A stretch of DNA of 64,000 nucleotides from NCBI GenBank assembly GCA_963693365.1, contig CAVNZM010000006.1:4443264-4507263 (forward strand), in the 5' to 3' direction. Each line of letters begins with the position of its first letter. Position 1 is the first letter of the stretch. The translations under genes and the position numbers were made by a program. This DNA is from Amoebidium appalachense (lineage: Eukaryota > Protista > Ichthyosporea). This document shows, in pieces, positions 1 to 23,591 of this stretch. A model generated the notes under the pieces. That model was not told the origin of the DNA and did no database searches. It saw only the letters and a list, made by a program, of their open reading frames with translations.

Positions 1-110
1 ATCTTGCTGGGAAGGGGGGGCCGGGCTGGCCTTCAGGGCCTGACGGGTCGCGTTGGCCACCTCAGAAGCAAACATGCGAATGGTCGCTGCCAGCTCAGGG
101 GTCAGGGCAA

Positions 111-164
<54 letters not shown>

Positions 165-518
165 CGTCCTGCACAGGAGGGCGCGCCTCCTGCCCTGCCT
201 GTGCTGCAGGGCCATTGTCTGTTGGGTCTACTTCCATACTTGAGCCGCCGTGTGCTAGCCACCGAAAACGCAATCGTGCTAACAAAAACCGTACGTGCAG
301 CACACGGCGAAAACGAAGGTGGCCTGCATCTGCAGTGTGCTGCGCCGGAAATACCGGCGCTGGTGGCGCCTGACGTCAGGCGCTGCGCCAGACCGATGTC
401 AGCCGCCGCTGCGGCTGCGCCTGGCGCCGCGGCCCGTGACGTCATGGGCCGCCCGGCTGCCTGCGCCCGAAGTGATCCGTGAAACATCTTTCATCTGCTG
501 CGCATATGAAACGTACAT
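1..518 (-). mobile_element. 5' end (A repeat plus start of gag) of a second copy of the YR retrotransposon; runs off the window start
   Basis: 1-518 is near-identical to 10197-10693, including the 277-bp A repeat (242-518 vs 10417-10693). It differs by a few substitutions/indels and by (CTG)16 at 115-162 vs (CTG)9 at 10311-10337. Confidence 0.93.
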
Positions 519-608
519 TGATGCGGGACAATATCCAGTTGTCCGGCGTCGAGGCCGCGGGCCTCGAGCTTTATTATTATTACTATAAAAACATGGAGCC
601 GTGCGTAC

Positions 609-612
<4 letters not shown>

Positions 613-672
<60 letters not shown>
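613..672. repeat. (TA)n microsatellite followed by (CA)n
   Basis: Read directly from the sequence. Confidence 0.95.
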
Positions 673-686
<14 letters not shown>

Positions 687-1521
687 TACATACACACACA
701 CACGTACTGTAACATATCTTATACTGTATATAGTGCGCGTGTGTTCGGGTGTTACACCCATCTACAGTACGGCAAATGTTATATGGCTTACTCCTTGTAC
801 CTGCAGGTAATCGAAACTCCAACATGCATGCCAACAAGTGACTGAGGAAGCAATGCACATGTATGAAAATACTATAAAATCACCTATAGGTCTTCGCGGT
901 CCAGAATATTGCTGCAGTTCAATTTGATGTCCGGAAGAAGCCACAGTAGAGTACCGGAAGTAAATTCGAGCACCGCTGTCATCGTTTCTGCAAAGAAACA
1001 CACATGTTAATGATATATTCCTTAACAGACACATGTAAATGACATATTCCCTTAATAGCCTCACGTCCTTCTGGTGTATGCATTAAGTTCTTTTTTATTT
1101 TTTTATTGCCTCTATGAGAAGGCTCGGTATTTGCTGCACGAGGTAACATTCCACTATGGACCTATCACATGCACTAGGTGCATATCTCATTTTTTGATAA
1201 GTCGTACAAACACAGGGAAATGTGTCTGTGTGTAGGGGGGACCGCGCTCTCTGCATCCGAGCAGATGCAGGAGGAGGGAAAAAAGATGTGATATGACCAG
1301 GTAAAAAGATGAGAGACGTATGTACATGTGTACATGTGAGTTTTTAGAATCGTGTCTTCGAGTAGTCTTTTTCATTTCAGTGGTGAGAGTGAGTGAGTGA
1401 GTGAATGAGTGTGGCGAGAAGAGGGAAGGGATGGAGAGGGGTGGGGGTTTAGGAGGTTGGGGCAGGCGGGCGGGCGGGAATGGGCTGGTCGGGGGGGGAG
1501 GGCATGCATCCAGTACCTTAA

Positions 1522-4161
<2,640 letters not shown>

Positions 4162-5048
4162 GTTGGCAGATCGCTCAGTGAGGCTAAGACACACCTAATT
4201 CTAGCTGATATATGAGCTGTGAAGTGTTTAACTTCTGTGGGAAACTGTGACGTGCTGGTTGAAGTGGGCTGCAATTTTATACTAAACACCACGGATCGAT
4301 GACCGTTTGTGTGTGTCCGTTTGGCCGTTGCCCGCCACTACTCTTCCACCAATCATTGATCGAAAAGTCAAATTGGGTACTGGCCCGGCCCGATGGTATG
4401 CCGGGTCAACGTGCAAGGAAGCTCGAAAAAAAAAATCAACCCCTTCTTTTCCGTTTTCAAAACACAGCAGAACATATATTCCTAGGAACGTGCCGCAGTG
4501 TACCGTCGCAGAATGTCCGGCTATATCAGTATTATTCACAAGAAAAACAACCTTCGCCCAGTGTACGGAAACGGGATCTATAACACAATTCCTTTCACCG
4601 AAAGAGGCAAACGTTTTGGTAGAAGAACTGCACAAGGTTCAAGCAGAAGAAAAACACATGTCTTACCCATCGTACTCCTACAACTTCGATTGGGTTGGCC
4701 CTGTTTGAGCATCTGGGTGAGCTGTTGTACCCAACTCTGGAACGGTCGAGAGACTTGTGTTTTTTGGCTGGAAGTTACACTATGGAATTTCGTGAGTCCG
4801 TGCTCGATGTTATAGGGGATCTCGGTTATGTAAAAACTGATTTAGTAGTAATTTGTTAAATGGCCTACCCCACAACTGAGTACCAACAAATGTATGATAT
4901 ATATATATATACGTGCGCATATCATGCATGCATCACTGCAACCCCGGGCCATCCCTGCGCGCAGCGCCAGCGCCGGCGTCGGAGCCTCGGAGGCGGCGTC
5001 AGTGCAGAGCGGCGCGCCTATTGGTTGAAGCTGATCGTCGCACATTTA

Positions 5049-5178
5049 ACATCACTCACTCGTGCTTGCCTCATGCCCCCCGTGTCCGTGGAGTGCAGGC
5101 CGTCGTGCCTGCACCCAAGGGGCTGGCCGAGGCGGGGGCCGCCAGGGGGGGTCCATGCCATGAGCCCCCCCCGCACCA
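5049..5178 (-). repeat. Split direct repeat B2 (3' terminus of the element)
   Basis: Matches 5572-5701 by visual alignment. Confidence 0.93.
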
Positions 5179-5206
5179 GCCGGGGCTGGGCCCCGCCTCG
5201 ACATGC

Positions 5207-5212
5207 TTTATT
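5207..5212 (-). promoter_or_regulatory. Candidate AATAAA polyadenylation signal of the retroelement transcript
   Basis: TTTATT on the + strand, in the unique A2-B2 spacer about 30 nt before B2 in transcript orientation. Confidence 0.5.
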
Positions 5213-5292
5213 GCCGCTGCAATCGGGCTGTGAGCCAGTCACAGTCGCATACGTACACCGTCATGTATACAGACTGAGAGGTGGGTGGGTGG

Positions 5293-5569
5293 GAGCCGCC
5301 GTGTGCTAGCCACCGAAAACGCAATCGTGCTAACAAAAACCGTACGTGCAGCACACGGCGAAAACGAAGGTGGCCTGCATCTGCAGTGTGCTGCGCCGGA
5401 AATACCGGCGCTGGTGGCGCCTGACGTCAGGCGCTGCGCCAGACCGATGTCAGCTGCCGCTGCGGCTGCGCCTGGCGCCGCGGCCCGTGACGTCATGGGC
5501 CGCCCGGCTGCCTGCGCCCGAAGTGATCCGTGAAACATCTTTCATCTGCTGCGCATATGAAACGTACAT
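5293..5569 (-). repeat. Split direct repeat A2
   Basis: Near-identical to 10417-10693 and 242-518; carries two TGACGTCA palindromes. Confidence 0.93.
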
Positions 5570-5571
5570 TC

Positions 5572-5701
5572 ACATCACTCACTCGTGCTTGCCTCATGCC
5601 CCCCGTGTCCGTGGAGTGCAGGCCGTCGTGCCTGCACCCAAGGGGCTGGCCGAGGCGGGGGCCGCCAGGGGGGGTCCATGCCATGAGCCCCCCCCGCACC
5701 A
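5572..5701 (-). repeat. Split direct repeat B1
   Basis: Matches 5049-5178; starts 10 nt after the YR stop codon. Confidence 0.93.
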
Positions 5702-5711
5702 CAAGGCCCCC

Positions 5712-6824
5712 CTACTGCGATGTAGGGGGTCCGCCCCAAGGTCCCGTGGCGAGGCCCTGGTGTGACCAGACGGTGGCAATGGAGGCTTGCACGTCGCGGT
5801 GGGGCAGCCGGATGTAGACCATGAATGCGTCTGATGCCCAGCGGCCAAGGGCTTTGATGGTGGCGTCAGGTAGGCCCGCTCTCTCAGCTGCAGTGGCCCC
5901 CCCTATGCGCAGGCTGTGGCCGGCGTACCGGTCGGGGTCGTAGCCCGCATGGTGTAGAGCTGTGCGGAAACCGGCGATGAAGGTGCTCTTGAGGTAAGGG
6001 CTGCCGTCGACGCTGAACAGGGGTGCATCTGGGTGGATGCCTGCCCTGGTTGACGAGACCCCCAGGAAGAGGGCTAGATTGGCTGCTGGGCAGAAGGAAG
6101 ACTCCTCCGGGAAGGCGGGCACCCGGATGGTAACACCCTTGCCCGTGGGGTCGGTCTTAGATGTCGGCAGGAAGACTGTTGCCCCAATCAGGCGGCCATC
6201 CTGCCATAGGAGCTGGACGTCGCGACGCTTGGCGTGAAGGAGGGGGTTGAACTTGGCCGCAGATTTGGACGTGAACTCGCCCGAGCGCAGGAGGCACGAG
6301 CTGCCAAGCAGCAGGGCAGCCCACAGACGCAGGGCCTCCAATGAAGAGCCCGGTTGGATGACTGGGAGGAGGACGCGGAGGTCGGCTGGGAGGAGGGGCT
6401 CGAGCACTTGTTTGGGCCGGTGGCTGCCTTCCAGCAGCAGGAAGCGGCCAGCCCCGCGGATAAACCACTGAAGGCTCTGCTGGCCGGAGCCCGCTGGTGG
6501 TGCCATGCCCAAGCTGCGGTGCAGGCTGTTGACGGCGGAGACGATGCTGGGCATGGTCCGGGCTTGCACCGCACGCATGGCGCACCAGGCAAGGAACAGC
6601 TGCACTTGGGCTGGGCAGGCTGGCAGGTAGCCACCATCAGGATTGCGGCAGTCCATTGCGTAGATGAGGTCGATAAACTGGCGCTGGTAGGACGAGTAGG
6701 AGGACTCCGTGCTGTCGCCCACTGACAGCCGAGTGATGGTGCGGGCCACCTCCGGGACACGGGCCAAAACCTCGGGGGTGAACCACTGGGCAAGCCTACC
6801 ATGGTCGCCACCAAAGGGGAGCAA
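5712..6824 (-). CDS. Tyrosine recombinase of the retrotransposon; true start unresolved
   Basis: All catalytic motifs are present: LLRSGEFT (R), SKTDP (K), GHSLRIGGAT (HxxR), GRWAS (W), FMVYIR (Y). The track's start codon is TTG; a CAG acceptor lies at 6830-6832. Confidence 0.93.
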   Translation of the reverse strand: MLPFGGDHGRLAQWFTPEVLARVPEVARTITRLSVGDSTESSYSSYQRQFIDLIYAMDCRNPDGGYLPACPAQVQLFLAWCAMRAVQARTMPSIVSAVNSLHRSLGMAPPAGSGQQSLQWFIRGAGRFLLLEGSHRPKQVLEPLLPADLRVLLPVIQPGSSLEALRLWAALLLGSSCLLRSGEFTSKSAAKFNPLLHAKRRDVQLLWQDGRLIGATVFLPTSKTDPTGKGVTIRVPAFPEESSFCPAANLALFLGVSSTRAGIHPDAPLFSVDGSPYLKSTFIAGFRTALHHAGYDPDRYAGHSLRIGGATAAERAGLPDATIKALGRWASDAFMVYIRLPHRDVQASIATVWSHQGLATGPWGGPPTSQ

Positions 6825-7194
6825 GCCACCTGCAGGGACAGAGCTGTGTGAGCATCATGCCTAGAGTCCCAGGGGGGGGGGGGGGGGTAAAGGCAACGAG
6901 CGGGGTGGGCGGCAGGCAAGCGGGTGCACAGGCAGGCAAACAAGGGGGGGGAGGGGGGGGGGGGGGGGGGGGGGGCGTAGCTACAGGGCAGAGGATGCAT
7001 GCAGCGCTGGCAGGGAGGGCGGGGGAAGGGGAGGGGGGGTATGCGCGCACAAGCCGCGGTGTAGGCGTGCGTGTGTGTGCGCTAGTGTGTGGGTGTGTAT
7101 GAGCATGTGTGTGTAACACCGAGGTTAAGCATGCACGATCGAAGGGGCGGGTGGAGGGGTGGCAGGGTGGGGTTGGGGGGGTTGGGGGAGGGAA

Positions 7195-7230
<36 letters not shown>

Positions 7231-7526
7231 GACACGCCACAAGCAGTTGGCACTGCGGGCCAGCACCGAACAAAGAGGCACACCGTGTGTACACCGTAAG
7301 ACCGTAATGTATTGTCCCAAACACTCCACCGGGTGAGTGAGGGAATCCGAGCGAATTCGTGTAGTGGGGGGGGGGGGGGCCGGCCCCGGCCGCCACTGCA
7401 GAACATGACTCGTGCGATATACAAAGTGGGAAGGGGGGAAGGGGGGGTGTCGGTGCCCCCCACAGCCCACACGCCAAGCCCAATACGAAGGCAAAGGAAC
7501 GGGGGAGGGGGCTCGGCCCAGCCCCA

Positions 7527-10306
7527 TCACGAGAGAGGGGCAGCAAACCACCCCGCTAGCCACTCAGGCACGGGTGTTGGGACTGGTGCGTGCCACGGGT
7601 GCAGCCGGTCGAAAGTGGCCCACTGTGCTCGCGAGATGGCATCCGCAATCGAGTTTTCCACGCCAGGGATGTGCTTGGCCGAGACCAGCACCGTGTAGCG
7701 CATTTCCATCAGCGTGATGAGACGCAGCACCCGGGCAATGGCAGGGACGGGGGAGTGACGGGACGCGATCGTAGATACTGCACCGTCGTTATCGGTGAGC
7801 ACGCGTATGTGGCTGTTGCGACAGCTGGGACCCCAACAGGCCAGGGCCACGGCAATGCCAGCCAGCTCAAACAGCACGGAAGCCCACACATCTCCGCCAG
7901 CAATGACCGTGCGCCAATGGTCCGTCCATGCTAGGTGAAACCACGCTTGACCCCAGTAGCCACCGCATCCTATGCTGCCGGCCGCATCTGTGGTGAACAT
8001 GTGATGCACGGGGGGGGTAAGCACACGTATGCCGTTCCACTCGGGGAGGAACTCCGACCACAGCACAACGTCGGCTCGTGCGTCGGCGCAGACACGGATG
8101 TGGTGGTGGGGCCCTAGGCCGGCCCTCTCAGCCTCCGCCAGCAGATGAAGCAAGCGTTGAAGAAAGGCACGGGCACGCCCCAGCGCCACAACCTGAGCAC
8201 ACCACATGAGCTTGCCGCACAGGGACCGTAGGTCTCGAACAGTGGCCTTGGTGCGACCCCGCCAATCGGCTAGCAGGGCCCGGAGCTCGGTCAGCTTGAT
8301 GGCAGGTAAGCGGGCCTCCATGCGCAGAGTGTCCCACTCGAGCCCAGAGTAGATGAGCGTGTGTGAGGGCAGCTGCACTTTGTCGTCGGCAAGCGTAACA
8401 CCCACCTTCGAGCACACCCACCGAAACACCAGCATGTTGAAGGCGCACTCTTGCAGCGTACGGCCGCCGAAAAAGAAGTCGTCCACAAAATGCTGTGTCT
8501 CTGTGGCGTTGAGGGCGTGGGCGAAGTGCTGCAGGGCCTGAGCTATGCGTTCCCAGAACGCTGGGCTGGACCGCAAGCCAAACGATAGGCGGGTCTCCAC
8601 ATAGAACGCGCCTAGCAGCTGGAACGACAGCAGTGACTGGTCGTCTGGGTGCACCGGGCCGTGACGAAAGGCACCCTTCACGTCGTATGCCCCGAGGAAG
8701 CAGCCCTGGCCGAGCCGAGCTACTGTTTGCATCACCGTGCGGATGGTGATGTACTCCAGCTGATCCGGGTAATCGACCCCATCGTTGATACTGGAGCCAC
8801 GCGGGAAGGAAAGGTCGTGGATGCGGCGGACGCCCGTGCCGCCCTTTTTGGGAACTGCCCCGAGGGGCGAGGATACAAAATAAGGATAAAGGGCCACCAT
8901 CTCGTCGCGGGTGAAGGGGCCCAGGATGTGGCCGCATGCCACTTCCTTCGCAATGTCGGCTGCAAGCTGCTCACGGGCCGCCAGCGCGGACGGGTGGTTT
9001 CGGCCCACCCGGGTGACCCGCTCGCCGAAGTAACCGACCGAGAAGCCCAGCTCTAAGTCGCGGAGCAGAGCCTGCTGAAACGCACTGTCGGGGTGCGGAA
9101 ACAACTCAAACAAACGGCGGAAGTTGGGGACAGATACGGTCTGTGGTGGTGCCGCTGGGGGGGATGACCATGGGCCCCGCAGGGCAACGGAGAGGGCAGG
9201 CCCAGCGCTGACGTCAGCCCCTGCCCGAAAGGGGGCTGGGCCCCCTAAGCCGGGTTGGCCCCCCCCTTCCCCCGCCCCGTTGGCTGGGTTGGGAGGGCAG
9301 GCGTGTGCGCCGTGCGCCGCTGAGCCGCACTTCAGGCAGGCGTGCTTGTAGCGGCAAGGGTTGGGTCCCTTCCTGGTGCAGCCCTTGGCCGTGTTGAAGC
9401 CCCGGCATATCTCATCCGCAGCAGGGGCCGGGCTGGCGCGAGGGCTGGCTGTGGCCCCCCCAGAGGCAGGCTGCCGGGGTGTGCGGGGAGCGGTGGGTGC
9501 CTGGTGCAGGCGGGCACCAGACAGGGACACGGCCAGCTGCACAGCGTCGGGTGCGTCGAGTGGGCGGCCAGAGGCAGCGCACGACCGGCGGTGTGCATCC
9601 TCCCAGCGCATGATGGCAGCCCACTGGTACTCGGGTGCCAACTCAGTGGCCACAAACTCGGCGTGGGCCAGCAGGGCCGTGACGGGGGCGTCGGCGTTGA
9701 TGCGTAGGCGTAGCAGCTGCAAGATGCAGCGCAGGTAGGTCTGCAGGTCCGGGCACAGGGCGGGCTGGCGCTGGGTGCCAGGCGTCTGCAGCACAACCGT
9801 GCCAGCAGGCAGGCCAGGCAGGGAAACCGGCTGGCGCTGCGTGTGGACAGAAGAGCCCGTGGGCGGCAGCAGGTCGAGTAAAGCGAAATGCTGCATAGGC
9901 TCGAAGATGGCAGCCCCCCGGACCTCCGGGGACAGGTGGGGGCAGGGTGGGTTCGACTGGCTGCGCTGGCTGGCCCCCCAAACGGCCAGTTGCAGGGCAT
10001 TGGGCGGCGGAGGCAGCTGGTGCATGTCGCCGCCCTGAGGGTCCTCCTCACGGGGGCGCTTGTTGGCGTTGCCGGGGGGTTGCTCTACAGCATCCACGGC
10101 CCCCGCCGCAGCGGCAGGGGGCCCCGTGACAGGGGGGTTCCTACCGGTTCCGCCCCCGCCAAGGTTGACGAGGTGGGGGAAGGCGCGCAGGAGAAGATCT
10201 TGCTGGGAAGGGGGGGGCGGGCTGGCCTGCAGGGCCTGACGGGTCGCGTTGGCCACCTCAGAAGCAAACATGCGAATGGTCGCTGCCAGCTCAGGGGTCA
10301 GGGCAA

Positions 10307-10338
<32 letters not shown>

Positions 10339-10412
10339 CCGTCCTGCACAGGAGGGCGCACCTCCTGCCCTGCCTGTGCTGCAGGGCCATTGTCTGTTGG
10401 GTCTACTTCCAT
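7527..10412 (-). CDS. Fused Gag-like / reverse transcriptase / RNase H polyprotein
   Basis: ATG at 10412, just after A1, followed by polyQ. Zinc motif CRGFN...C...CRYKHACLKCGSAAHGAHAC. RT motifs SPLGAVPKK, RRIHDLSFP, DVKGAF, LSFGLRSSP, HFVDDFF. RNase H motifs TDAAG, ELAG, TDN, HIPGVENSIADAISR. Confidence 0.95.
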
Positions 10413-10416
10413 ACTT

Positions 10417-10693
10417 GAGCCGCCGTGTGCTAGCCACCGAAAACGCAATCGTGCTAACAAAAACCGTACGTGCAGCACACGGCGAAAACGAAGGTGGCCT
10501 GCATCTGCAGTGTGCTGCGCCGGAAATACCGGCGCTGGTGGCGCCCGACGTCAGGCGCTGCGCCAGACCGATGTCAGCTGCCGCTGCGGCTGCGCCTGGC
10601 GCCGCGGCCCGTGACGTCATGGGCCGCCCGGCTGCCTGCGCCCGAAGTGATCCGTGAAACATCTTTCATCTGCTGCGCATATGAAACGTACAT
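10417..10693 (-). repeat. Split direct repeat A1 (5' terminus of the element)
   Basis: Near-identical to 5293-5569; one TGACGTCA is changed to CGACGTCA. Confidence 0.93.
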
Positions 10694-11110
10694 CCATTTC
10701 ACGTTCCATTTATACGATAGAATACGGTGATACCTGCCTGTGCCAGATGTGTTCGATTTTGGCTTCGTCTCACCAGCCACATTTCAGATTTTGTCGTTCG
10801 GCATCGCAAAAAGCCATATCACTTCATATTTGAACTTTTCAAAATCACCTGGGATGTGCTTCCAGTCCTAAGTTGTTTTGTGTTGGGATGAAAATGTCTC
10901 CATCGCGAGTTGTTTGCTCATGAGTACGTTTTTGGGGTTTTGCGATCCACTACTGTTTAGCTGGGCTGTGAGTGAATCAATGGTGAGCTTGAGTTGGGCA
11001 TTTTCTGTTTGGAGTTTTTCTATCATGTTCTTGAGTGGTAACAGCTCATCTATCTGTTTCTTAACGAGGGCAAGTTCTGCCAGTACTGTATCAACCGAAG
11101 GTTTCGGCAT
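10694..11110 (-). pseudogene. Degenerate coiled-coil ORF, possibly TE-derived, cut off by the retroelement end
   Basis: MPKPSVDTVLAELALVKKQIDELL...LQTENAQLKLTIDSLTAQL heptads. The frame continues through two in-frame stops up to the A1 boundary. Confidence 0.4.
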
Positions 11111-11668
11111 GGTTGCTATTTTGTTTCTACGGAGTGGTGTGGTGTTATTTTGAATGGGTAGTGTATTGTGAATAGGTCTTGTGCTTAGTCTAAGGCGATG
11201 TTTTCTGGCTGTGCATCTGTGGTAGCTACAGGTGATTCTGGTGGACGTTTTGATGGTCGCTCAATGATATGAGTATAGGGTGTAGATAGATGGAACGTTG
11301 AAAGAGGCTCTGAAACGATTATGTATAGGCATGTGCCATGACATTGTAGGGCCACGGGTGGCCTCGTTTAGGGGTGGATGCGCGAAGGATACTATTTATT
11401 CGCAGATAATAGAAAGCGACATCTGAATCGATGTGTGCGCCATCCGGCATGGCCTTGGCACACAGTGACATCGTGCCCCGCGTCTTGGCCAAATTTAAAT
11501 TATTCGATATACGTTGTTGTAAAAAGTTCCAATATTAACAAGTATCATTATTTAGCCTTTAGCATGTACATTAGTAGCACTTGAACGGTGTAATAGGGAG
11601 TTGAGCCGCAGCATCTTCGGCCTGTTCGGCTGCGCCGACCTTCAGCCTTCTCTGTGGCGACAGGCTTA

Positions 11669-11804
11669 TGACGTCAGATAGCGTGGCCTGCTTCAAATAG
11701 TTGTCAGCTCAGAATTACACCAATCAGATTATGGTAAGACTCTGTCTTTAGTGATGCCTGATTGGACAGCTTTCGGAGATTCCTGTCCCGTGCACCTATA
11801 TAAA
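11669..11804 (+). promoter_or_regulatory. Candidate NAPE-PLD promoter (CRE-like, CCAAT x2, TATA)
   Basis: TGACGTCA 11669, CCAAT 11720, ATTGG 11761, TATATAAA 11797; about 200 nt upstream of ATG 12008. Confidence 0.5.
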
Positions 11805-12007
11805 CATGGCCGTTTTTGTGTCATTCGATTTTTCATCGCGAGAAAATTTCAGTTACCTGTGTGGAAAGGGTTGTGTTCTCTTTTCTGCTGCTGGGAATCA
11901 TTCAATCCAACGTGAACTTTTGAATGTTCCTCAGAAAACTAAGTCTAGCTCGCTTACCTAGTATTCTTTCAGCCAAGGTCCAATACAATAGGGTTTTAAG
12001 CATCAGA

Positions 12008-21112
<9,105 letters not shown>

Positions 21113-22004
21113 TAACAGGAAATTTCAGATGGTATTGGATCCCCACCATTCTCTCTGACCAGCACACCCATTATCAATATTGTGGAAACTTGGATACACT
21201 CAACCTAGGTCGTGTTTTAGGTTTTTTATCTAATGCGGAGGGCTTGTTGTTGTGCTTCTTCGGTTGAGTGGATAACACTTGGAGCTTTGGTAAACATGAC
21301 TATCTATAGCCAATGAATATTGAATTTACGGTGCATGTTTTAAGCTTTTTTTTGTGTCTGCACGTGCGCGGCACTCCCCGAAAAAGGGAGGGAGGAAGAG
21401 AGGGGAGGGGGAGAGGGGGGGGGGGGGGAGGGGGAGGGGGAAGGGGGGGGGGGGGGGGGGGGGGGGGGGAGGTACCTAGAAGATAGACATCTATAATCCA
21501 TATCGTCTGAATATCGATCAAATATAATGTGGTTGTGGCACAAGCACATCCAAATAGCTATAGGCTATTGCAAGAATTTACAAGGTGGTACGAAGGAGAA
21601 GCTGGTCTAATGAGATATTAGTCGGGCGCGAAGGTGTATTTGACTTACTGAAGTGGCAATTTGAAAACTTTTTGTACTGTTACAAATATGACTGCCGCTT
21701 TAATTAGTTTGTTCCAAGGTAGAAAAGGCATGTGAATGCATGCTTCAGGCAAAAGTACAGCCTGCCTGATTTGGTGATGTTAAATAGATCAGTAATGTGC
21801 ATTTGACGTGTTTTTACTGGCACTGCTGAAAATGCTGACATGAAAAACGCACTGAACACATGTACAGTACATTATTGTGCACACACACACACATGCACAC
21901 ACACTGTGACGCATACACACACACACACACATACACACACACACACACACACACAGTACAAAATTGTGCACACACATACACAAGCACACTCGGACACTGT
22001 GACG

Positions 22005-22040
<36 letters not shown>

Positions 22041-22243
22041 CTTTGATACATGCAAAGAAACACCACCGCGCGTATGAAATTTGAACGCCCATGCACACCC
22101 ATTTGCCCTCAGGCTGTCGATCGACATCTTGCTTGATTTTTCCCCTCCTACCTCAGGAGTGAATTCGTTCACCTCCTAGGAGCATACAGCACTATGCACA
22201 TGCACCTCGTCAAGACAAAAATCTGTTAATTAGTGTTTTATTA

Positions 22244-22246
<3 letters not shown>

Positions 22247-22281
<35 letters not shown>

Positions 22282-22540
22282 CCAGCTGATACCGAGTGTC
22301 CCAAGGGGAGCCCCTTTAAAAATAAAAAATAAAAAAATAAAAAAAACGGGGAACCCCGACTAATTGATTTCTCCTTGTAGTCTTTATGGTGTCTCGTAGA
22401 GAAAGTAAACCCTGATATATAGTCACCACCCGACATCTATGTACGTGATCATGATATACCGCTGAGGGGATATTCCGAGCAAAAACCCCCCCCATACCTG
22501 AGACTGGTTCTCTTTGCCTCGAGTAAACAGCGTAAACCCC
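22247..22540 (+). mobile_element. Severely 5'-truncated LINE copy (3' UTR only) with a 9-bp TSD
   Basis: Homologous to the 3' ends at 34389-34690 and 57487-57840. Flanked by TTATTATCA at 22238-22246 and 22541-22549. Confidence 0.85.
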
Positions 22541-23341
22541 TTATTATCATCCATGCCTCAATATCCAAAAGCCCTGGGGCTGTCAACGCCATGGGCATCC
22601 GTGGCCGCCTCATGATCACAGACAATGAGTGGCTTCATGTGGCAAGTTGTGAGTACGAGTGGGACCCAGACCCGTATGTACGTGTGCAGGAGCTCAGATC
22701 ATCGATTATCATCTCCAAAAAGAACTAGAACGTTACTGGCGCCCAAGGCCCCAAGTCAGCTCCCAGGCACTCACCTCGATCTCCCTACACCTCGTTACAA
22801 CTGGTGCTGACGACGACGGAGTACCAGGCTCGATCGTTGCATGAGAGTTGTATATATGTGTACAGTACATTGCAGAATGCCTTCTGACTATCGATATATG
22901 TATACTGTCGATCTCTGAAACCTGTTGTAGGTACAATACTTTGGATTTGATAATAAAACAATATCTGTGGCCCAAGGCATTTTACCGGGCAGTGGTGACT
23001 TCGAATTCGATCGTGAATTTAGGGGGGCCGTATTGTTTTGCAAAATTTCAAAATTACGCGCTGTATGGACTTCGACTGAGTCCGACGAACTTACGGAAGG
23101 CTCAGCTAGTTGTCATACAGAGGATAATTGGGAGTGCTTAATTACTTGCACTTTACAGCTGTTAATAAGTGTAGTCGTAATCTATGTATGTTACAAGGCT
23201 ACCTTTAGCTTCCGCTTTGTTGAATGACAGTCCAGGGTTACGTCTAGTCGTCTATGTAGCTAGGTTTTGACAATTTGAAATTTGGTCACTCAGTCCCCAG
23301 TCCCAGTTCTCGATAGGGAGAGCAGGACGGGGAGCGATGCA

Positions 23342-23456
23342 CCAATCATAGTTGTTAATACCCTTTTTGCCGCGAGGGCTAAACCAATCAAAGCACGCTT
23401 TGATTTCTTAAAAGTCCAATCATTTGTAAACCCACGCAAAACCGACAACTATAAAA
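23342..23456 (+). promoter_or_regulatory. Candidate promoter: three CCAAT boxes and a TATA box
   Basis: CCAAT at 23342, 23384 and 23416; TATAAAA at 23450; about 140 nt upstream of ATG 23592. Confidence 0.55.
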
Positions 23457-23591
23457 ATGCCGCACAGGCTTTCACTCAGCATCAGTCTTTCGACTTGACG
23501 GTACAGTACAAGCCTAGCTGCAAAACAGCCATACACAAGCATAAATCACATCGCCACATATACCTATTTGCCTGTTCTATTTACATACAAA

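Larger units (their letters stand above)
5049..10693 (-). mobile_element. Complete tyrosine-recombinase (DIRS-order, Ngaro/PAT-like) retrotransposon with split direct repeats: A1-gag/RT/RNaseH-YR-B1-A2-spacer-B2
   Basis: A1 10417-10693 matches A2 5293-5569 (277 bp). B1 5572-5701 matches B2 5049-5178 (130 bp). Gag-RT-RH and YR ORFs are intact. Both ends read ACAT on the + strand; no conventional TSD. Confidence 0.95.

Noticed and set aside
4282-4815. Overlapping 105-133 aa ORFs on both strands
   Set aside because: No recognisable motif or consistent splice context.
22113-22830. Coding-like sequence on both sides of the short LINE insertion
   Set aside because: In-frame stops and no recognisable family; possibly a pseudogene, but unsupported.
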